This document shows, piece by piece, positions 48,317-55,340 of a DNA stretch of 55,340 bases. The stretch is taken from the NCBI RefSeq assembly GCF_004010195.1, contig NC_057734.1, forward strand, positions 15,369,242 through 15,424,581. The letters run 5' to 3'. Both the position numbers and the translations under genes were made by a program. Position 1 is the first letter of the stretch. The number at the start of each line of letters is the position of its first letter. This stretch comes from Chiloscyllium plagiosum (Eukaryota). Below the pieces are notes generated by a model that did not search any database, had not been told where the DNA came from, and saw only the letters and a list, made by a program, of their open reading frames with translations.

Positions 48317-48790
48317 ATGATACTGCAGGTGAAGTTTATGACCGGTGACATTGTCCCACTTGAGATCAATCCTTCCATTCAAGTATCAGCTCTCAAGACG
48401 TTGATATATGAGAAGACCAAGATACCTGTTTACCAACAGCGTCTGGTGATACAAAATGGGAACACTCAAGAGCTGAAGGACAACAAGAGACTGTCTGACT
48501 ACTGTGTCCCTCCCAGTAACACTGTCATGCTGATCGTCAAGAATGAGGAGCGCATGCAGATATTCCTGCAGAATGACAAGGGAAAACTTTCTACATACGA
48601 TGTTCGTCCCTCTCAGTCTGTTGAGGAGTTTAAAGCACAAGTCCAGCGACAGGAACGTGTCCCAATCAATCAGCAGCGCCTGATGTACGATGGGAAACAG
48701 CTGGAGGATGGTCGGTTACTCGCTGACTACAATATTCAGCCAGAGAGCACCATCTTCCTCTTGCTGCGTTTGCGGGGTGGCACATTGTGA
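48317..48790 (+). CDS. ISG15: ISG15-like protein, copy C (CDS identical to copy B; promoter and exon 1 deleted)
   Basis: Same 157-aa translation; acceptor at 48304/48305. Upstream junction 47836/47837 joins promoter-distal sequence directly to the intronic SINE. Confidence 0.85.
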   Translation: MILQVKFMTGDIVPLEINPSIQVSALKTLIYEKTKIPVYQQRLVIQNGNTQELKDNKRLSDYCVPPSNTVMLIVKNEERMQIFLQNDKGKLSTYDVRPSQSVEEFKAQVQRQERVPINQQRLMYDGKQLEDGRLLADYNIQPESTIFLLLRLRGGTL

Positions 48791-48864
48791 CAGCACTAAT
48801 ACACAATCAGTGGGAGATGTTCCTCAAAACTGTTATCAAAATTTACTGCTGTATTCCCCCACTT

Positions 48865-49176
48865 GTACAATTCCTATGCGGTTAGGGATCACAGTTAGTA
48901 AGTGGCCTTTTGGCTGTCACTCTGCTCTGTATTATATGTACTGATGCCCATATTCCTGATATGTACATACAGGCCATAGCCAGCATTTGGAACAGCAAGA
49001 GTTACGTCAGGAGTGGGAGGGTACAATTCCTATGCGGTTAGGGATCACAGTTAGTAAGTGGCCTTTTGGCTGTCACTCTGCTCTGTATTATATGTACTGA
49101 TGCCCATATTCCTGATATGTACATACAGGCCATAGCCAGCATTTGGAACAGCAAGAGTTACGTCAGGAGTGGGAGG
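48865..49176. repeat. 156-bp tandem duplication in the 3' UTR of copy C (48865-49020, 49021-49176)
   Basis: gtacaattcctatgcgg...gtcaggagtgggagg present twice, identical by eye. Confidence 0.93.
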
Positions 49177-49220
49177 GGAAAAAAGAATGTGAAATGGGAA
49201 CTGGCAAGTATTTTTTATTG

Positions 49221-49226
49221 AATAAA
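49221..49226 (+). promoter_or_regulatory. Poly(A) signal AATAAA of ISG15-like copy C
   Basis: Homologous to 36948-36953. Confidence 0.6.
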
Positions 49227-49749
49227 TGTTATCAACGGCTACTGAACCTTTTTCCTTTGGACCTGGATTCATATAAGGTCCAACTTCCCTCAGTCTGCAG
49301 TTTGCAGGGAACTTAGCTGAAATAACTAGGGTCAGTAAGTCACAACATTCACGTTCTCACAGCATTGAAATTATGTTTTTTTGCTTCTAATTGGCAGCAT
49401 CAGTGAGCTGTGCCTCAGGATGGTTGCTACATGAATGAAGAGTGGGATAACTTTTTGTTATGCATTGAAACGTACCTAAAATAACCGTGTGGAATGGATG
49501 GTCAAGATGGTTATCAAATTTACTTATGTTTATTCACAATGGTGTTAAATATTTTACAAATATTTGTCTTTGCCTGATTAAACCTGATTGTATAACATAC
49601 TTAGATGTAAATAATATTGTTAAGTTAATAGCATTTGTATTGTCTATGCCTTTAAAAAATAAAATTTGTCTTGTTGTTTGGACAAAATGAAATCTTGTGA
49701 TGTTATGCTGTTGGTTAAAGACGTTTGCCATACTTGCCTTCCGTGGGTG

Positions 49750-50230
49750 TAGAAAGGCTTTACAAGGATGATTCCAGAACTGGAGGTTTAAGCTATAGGG
49801 TGAGGCTGAATATGCTGGGGCTTTTCTAAAACCTGCAGAAACAGAGGCTGAGGGGTGGCCTGAACAAGATTTATAAAATCATGAAGGGCATTGATACGTT
49901 GAATAGCTGAGGTCTTTTTCCTAGAGTGGGGGAGGCCAAAACTAGAGGACATAGAATTAAGGTGAGAAGAAAAACGTTTGAAAAGAACCTGAGGAGTACC
50001 TTTTTCACACAGAGAGTGGTGTATGTATGGAAAATACTACTAGAAGAAGTAGTGGAGGAGGGTACAATTACAACATTTAAAAGACACCTGGATGGTGTAT
50101 GAACAGGAAACATTTAGAGCAATATAGGCCAAATGTTTGGCAAATGGTACTCAGTCAGATTGAGATTTCTGTTCAATGCTGAGGATTTGGACCGAAGGGT
50201 CTGTTTCTGTGCTGTATAACTCTATGACTA
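49750..50230 (+). mobile_element. CR1 3' fragment
   Basis: tttttcacacagagagtggt and tail gaccgaagggtctgtttctgtgctgtataactctatgact. Confidence 0.8.
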
Positions 50231-50916
50231 GAATAAGGCATCTATAACTTGGGAAGATATCCTCCCTGTTTATCTTTCCTTATCCCACCACAGGAGACAC
50301 CAGCGAACACATAGCACTGATGGGTTTCATGCAGAGGATGAATAGTTCCCTTGGATAGCATTGTATAGGGGCCTGGACAACATGTCAAAGTAGACAGCCT
50401 TCAATCAATGGTTTCGAGCACAGTAAACCAAGGGTGACATTTCTTAGCAGTCCATGGGCTTGGATACGATCATTCAGCCATTCAGGGTAGTCAGATTTAG
50501 AATCTTCTCCTGGACTCTATATTCCCCTTTGTGTGCTGATCTCCCCTTTAATGAGAGAAAGGCAGTGATTGAGTGAGTTGCTTGTGTCAGTGAGGGGAAA
50601 GTGGCGATTTCTCCCTTCTTCCTGTACTCCTGGGCATCCCTACAGTTGACTGGGATCATACTGAGCTGGGTGACAAACTTCAACTAAAAGCAGGAATTTC
50701 ACTGTGATAGTATAATACAGTGAGAATTTGTAGCTGGATCCAATGATTTTCTAACAGGCGATGCCACTAAGCCAAAGTTGACATTATAGTTCAGAGGCTT
50801 ATTCCCATCTGACGCCAACTGTAGCACCCTACCTGGGATTCCATATGAGAGAAGCTAGCTAGATTACAGCATCGACCCTCCTCTCCACATGGCTGTGTAA
50901 CATTACGTGTGGAGTG

Positions 50917-53900
50917 GAGGATTCAAGATGGCGGTGACCCAGTAGATCTGAGTCTGCTGAGCTCTGCCCAGGATCTGGGCAAAGTGGGGTAGCTACCCTT
51001 CCCTCATTTCTTAAACTACTAAAAATAGCTTTTTCCCAGCAGCTACAGTTATTCTGCATCAAATTTTAGCAGCTTGATACATTTTAAAATGACCAAAGGT
51101 AAAGGACCATGGAGTTCGCAACAGGCAGGGAACCCCTCCCCCCGCGTAGCAACAGATGCGTCCATAGCCGCCCTGGGGGACTTACCTGGAGAGGTGAGCC
51201 TGACCTCAAAGTTTGTTTAGCTCCAAGAGAAGAGACTCAGTCGACTTGGGAGTTGATCTTGATCATGCTTCTGCAGCATGACCGAGAGATCGAGAAACTT
51301 GAGCAGCATGTTGGAGGGGCAGAGCAATGAGCCATGGTCTCTGAGACCGCTGCTGAATCTTCCATGGGTCAGGTCCGGGCTCTGGAATGTTGAGTCGGGC
51401 CTTAGAAGAGCATATCGACAACCTTGAAAATCGTGGTCATCAGAAAAATATTCGGTTGCTGGGCCTTGCCGAACGAGAGGAGGAAGGCCAGCTTATTGAC
51501 ATTTTTGGAGCAATCGCTCCCACAACTGCTGAAGCTGGAGCCGGGTGCACGTTGAACAGGCTCACTGGGTTGCTGTGTGCAGGCCCGGGTCGGACCAGCA
51601 CCCCCGCCAGGGCTTAGTTCCACTCCAGCATTACAGGGAAAAACAAATGTTGCTGGAGGCCTCCAGAGTTTTGGGGAAGGATCCCCAAGCCATGATATAC
51701 AAGGGATCAAAAATAATGCTGTTCCAGGACTTTTCTCCACTTGTGGTATGCAAGAGGAAGGCGTTTGACGAGGTAAAGAAGCATCTGAGGGATTTAAATA
51801 TTCAGTATTCCATGTGATACCCAGCAACGCTGTGCTTCAGTCATGAAGGGTCTGTGCATAACTTCAGATCACCGGAAACAGTAAAAGAATTTTTGGATGC
51901 TCTCAAATACACTGATGGGCTTGAACTATATGGACAATGACATTATTTTAGCCCCTTTTTTTCTCCTCCTCCCTCCCCCTTTCTCTTTTCCATCCTTCTT
52001 TGTGGGGAGGTTTTTTCTTTTAACTTATCTATAACTGGTTGTTGGGGGATGTTTCTGAGTTTTTAAAAAATATTTGCTGAGATTGTAATTTTACATATTT
52101 TATTTTATGTTGCTGTTTTGTTAAGGGTGTTTAGGGTAATAGTATGGAGGGGGTGGGTTGGTTGCCCACTTCTAATTCTTGTATTATAAGATATTGACAT
52201 ATGTTTACTTTACTTTGTAATGTCTGGGCTGAGGGCATGGCTCGAGTTGGGAGGTGCTATGGTGAGATTACTGGAAGGTAGGAGTGCCCCCAGTGGTCTC
52301 CTTTTAATTATATCTTATTTTATTTTAGGAGTAGTTCTTAGTTATTTTGATTTAGTTGTTTCAAATGTTGTATTTTTAAATTTATGCGAATTGTTTATGG
52401 TCTCTACTCAATGCTTTTTGGGTGGGGTTCTTCCTCCTTGGTGGGGGGGAGGGCTGAGAGTTTCTTGAACAACCATGGCTAATCATTTGTTTAAATGGTG
52501 CACCTGGAATGTCAAGGGGAGGCACTTGCCAATTAAAAGGAAAATACATTATCAAGTCTTAAAAAAGAGAGAGTTGATGTAGCCCTTTTACAGGAGACAT
52601 ATCTACTTGATAAAGAGCATTCAAAGCTGCAACAGGGAGGATTTGGTCAGGTGTTCTTTTTATCTTTTAGTTCAAAAAGTAGGGGAGTGGCCATTTTTAT
52701 CCGGAAGAATCTTCCCTTCCAAATGCTAAGCCAGATAAAGATGAGTCTGGATGGTAGAGGAGTACAGGATTTTGAATGTATATTGCCCCCCAGCACATCC
52801 TTTTAAATTTGCAACAGATGCGCTCTCCAAGTTGATGGCTCTCGGGGTACGTCACATAATTATAGGAGGAGATTTTAATTGTATTATCAATCCCGAGGTG
52901 GACAGGATACCTAGGAGCTGTGTAGGTATATCTCTGAGATCTAGGCAGTTGGCTGATCTGAATATGGAGTTGGGGCTTGGAGATGTGTGGAGGTGTCTTC
53001 ACCCTGAGGGTAGAGATTTTACTTTTTATCCTAACCCACACAAGTGTCATATTAGAATTGATATTTTTTTTGTCCCCTTGACCTTTCTGAATTTGATATT
53101 GTCTTGTAAAATAGGGAATATAACTATTTCCAACCACACAGCAGTGTATATGGAGGTCAAGACTAGTGATGACAAGATGGGTTCCCGACATTGGCGACCC
53201 TTTCCTATTGAAGGATAGTAAGTTCATAGAATATTTCTCGCAGGAATTTAAAACATTCTGGGGTATCAATTCAGGTATGGCCAGCAACCCACCAGTGATG
53301 TGGGAGACTGCTAAGGCATATGCGCGTGGCTTGGTTATCTCATATTCTGTGACTCAGAATACACAAAAGGTAGAACAACAATGTCTACTTGAGGCTTGCC
53401 TGAAGGCAGCTGAGACAGCGTATGTTGATAGGCCGCCGATTACTAAATTACAGCGGATTACAGCCCTCAGTGCTACTTTGAATACCGCACTTACTCAAAC
53501 AGCAAAGACGGAGATACTGTTTGCGAAGCAGAGATTATTTGAGCACAGCAATAAGCTGGGCAGGTATCTAGCATACCTTGCCAGAAAGAAAAAGGCTCCC
53601 CAATCCATTATGTCTATTAGAGAGGGTGCTGGTAACTTGACATGTGATCCTAAAAAGATCAATGCAGCCTTTAGAAAGTTCTACTTCGAGCTGTATAAGT
53701 CGGAGGACTGTGAGGATAGAGCGAGGAAGGTGGAGTCTTTTTTTAAAAACCTCTCGGGCTTAACCTCGGAGCAAGTGTCACTTTTGAATGTCCCCCTGAC
53801 AACCCAGGAAGTCCAGGAGGTGGTGAGGCAGCTCCAGAGCGGTAAAGCGCCCAGACCAGACGGATTCCAGGCTGAGTTCTATAAAAAATTCATAGATGAA

Positions 53901-54990
53901 TTGGTCGGACCACTTATAGATATTGCTGTGGTTCTGTTCGCCGAGCTGGAAGTTTTTGTTGCAAACGTTTCGTCCCCTGTCTAGGTGACATCCCCAGTGC
54001 TTGGGAGCCTCTTTTGAAGCGCTTCTGTGGTGTTTCCTCCGGCATTTATAGTGGCCTGTCCCTGCCGCTTCCGGTTGACAACAAATCTTCTCCCAAACTT
54101 TGAACAATTATAGATATATATAACTATTCATATACTCAGGGTTGCCTCCCGCCCTCCTTGAGAGAAGCAAATATCTCTCTCATTCTTAAAAATGTAAAAG
54201 CCCCAGATGACTGTACTTCGTACAGACCTATGTCCTTGTTGAATGTGGACATTTAAAATCCTCTCAAAAATGTTGGCATTAAGACTGGAGAGAGTTTTAC
54301 CATTTATTATACAAGAGGATCTAACGGGGTTTATTAAGGATCGCAGATCTACTAATAACATTAAAAGCGTGTTAAACATGTTACCATCCTGCCAGCAGGG
54401 AGCGATACAGGGATTAGTCATCTCCCTAGATGCAGAGAAGGCATTCGATCGAGTAAGAATGGTCATATCTTTTTTATACTATGGAACAGTTTGGCATCGG
54501 AGAGGTCTTTACCAAGTGTGTTGCAGTATTACATAATGACCCTAAAGCAGCGGTGATTACCAACGGCATAAGATTGGATAGCTTTAGTATTGGCAGAAGT
54601 TGTCGTCAAGGATGCCCTCTCTCACCACTCCTATTTACACTAGTGATTGAGCTTCTGGCGGAAGCTATCCAAACTGACCCCAATAACAGCCCCGAAGGTA
54701 GGATTGGGTAAGCATAAAATCACTCTTTATGCGGAAGATGTCCTTCTTTTCGTAAATGACCCATCGATATCTGTGACCCGCTTAATTCAAGTGGTTAACT
54801 TATTTGGTATGTTCTCAGGTTACAAAATTAATTTTATGAAATCAGAGGCCATACCACTAGGAAGTCTTACTAGCATATCCAATTTTCTGGATGGATCCCG
54901 TTTCACCTTTCGGTGGTCACTGGGAGGTTTTCTCTTTCGGTATTTTTATTACCCCGGTATTTGGTCAGCTATAAAAAGCTAATTATACAC
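50917..54990 (+). mobile_element. Decayed L1-clade LINE (5' UTR, ORF1, inter-ORF spacer, ORF2 APE-RT), 3' truncated
   Basis: 5' caagatggcgg; ORF1 IDNLENRGHQKNIRLLGL and KIMLFQDFS; ORF2 from ~52476 with TWNVKG, LQET, GGDFN, KAPRPDGF, DAEKAFDRV, RQGCPLSPLLF, LYAEDVLL. Confidence 0.9.
53924..54107 (-). mobile_element. Penelope-derived short insert in L1 with degenerate hammerhead motif
   Basis: 10-bp TSD ttatagatat (53914-53923, 54108-54117); minus strand CTGGGGA-T-GTC...GAC-GAAACGTTT. Confidence 0.65.
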
Positions 54991-54991
54991 A

Positions 54992-55340
54992 AGCAATCTC
55001 CCTGAGGTAACAGTGGCTGAAGGACCTGAACTGAAGGGAATGTATATTTGCCAGGATTTGGTGTTGGAGAGACTGTTAGGTCTGAAGGTTGATAAGTCTC
55101 TGGGGCCTGATGGTCTGCATCCCAGGGTACTGAAGGAGGTGGCTCGGAAATCGTGGATGCGTTGGTGATTATTTTCCAGAGTTCAATAGATTCGGGGTCG
55201 GTTCCTGAGGATTGGAGGGTGGCTAATGTTATACCACTTTTTAAGAAAGGTGGGCGAGAGAAAGCAGGAAATTATAGACCAGTTAGTCTGACCTCAGTGG
55301 TGGGAAAGATGCTGGAGTCTATTATAAAGAATGAAATTAC
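54992..55340 (+). mobile_element. CR1 RT fragment running off the window end
   Basis: LKVDKSLGPDGLHPRVLKE...VPEDWRVANVIPLFKKG..NYRPVSLTSVVGK. Confidence 0.88.

Noticed and set aside
1-55340. Prokaryotic defence system (CBASS or ubiquitin-like operon) or CRISPR array
   Set aside because: Spliceosomal introns, SINEs and LINEs show vertebrate DNA; there is no repeat-spacer array or operon structure.

Overview
Repeat-rich vertebrate genomic DNA from a draft assembly with N gaps at 9252-9305, 13666-14165, 27869-27873 and 33210-33709. The many HE1-like V-SINEs, CR1 LINEs and Penelope-like elements point to a shark or other elasmobranch (inference). The window holds an interferon-inducible antiviral gene cluster. 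On the minus strand is a 6-exon OASL-type gene: a 2'-5'-oligoadenylate synthetase domain with intact catalytic motifs, spliced in frame to a terminal exon encoding two ubiquitin-like (UBL) domains ending LRLRGG-KAS. Its OAS part carries three lesions (a nonsense codon in exon 1, a frameshift in exon 4, and a 115-bp inverted duplication overwriting the exon 4 acceptor), while the di-UBL exon is intact and has its own ATG. On the plus strand, divergently oriented, is a tandem array of ISG15-like di-UBL genes ending LRLRGG-TL. One copy is complete with an ISRE-rich promoter, one has an identical CDS but lacks its promoter and exon 1, and a third has its coding exon falling into an assembly gap. 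Between and around these genes are nested retroelements: CR1 LINEs, a full-length Gmr1-type Gypsy element (integrase upstream of RT, SCAN-like Gag), a decayed second Gypsy, an L1-clade LINE, and Penelope-derived inserts carrying minimal hammerhead-ribozyme motifs. All identities were judged by eye; no database searches were run.
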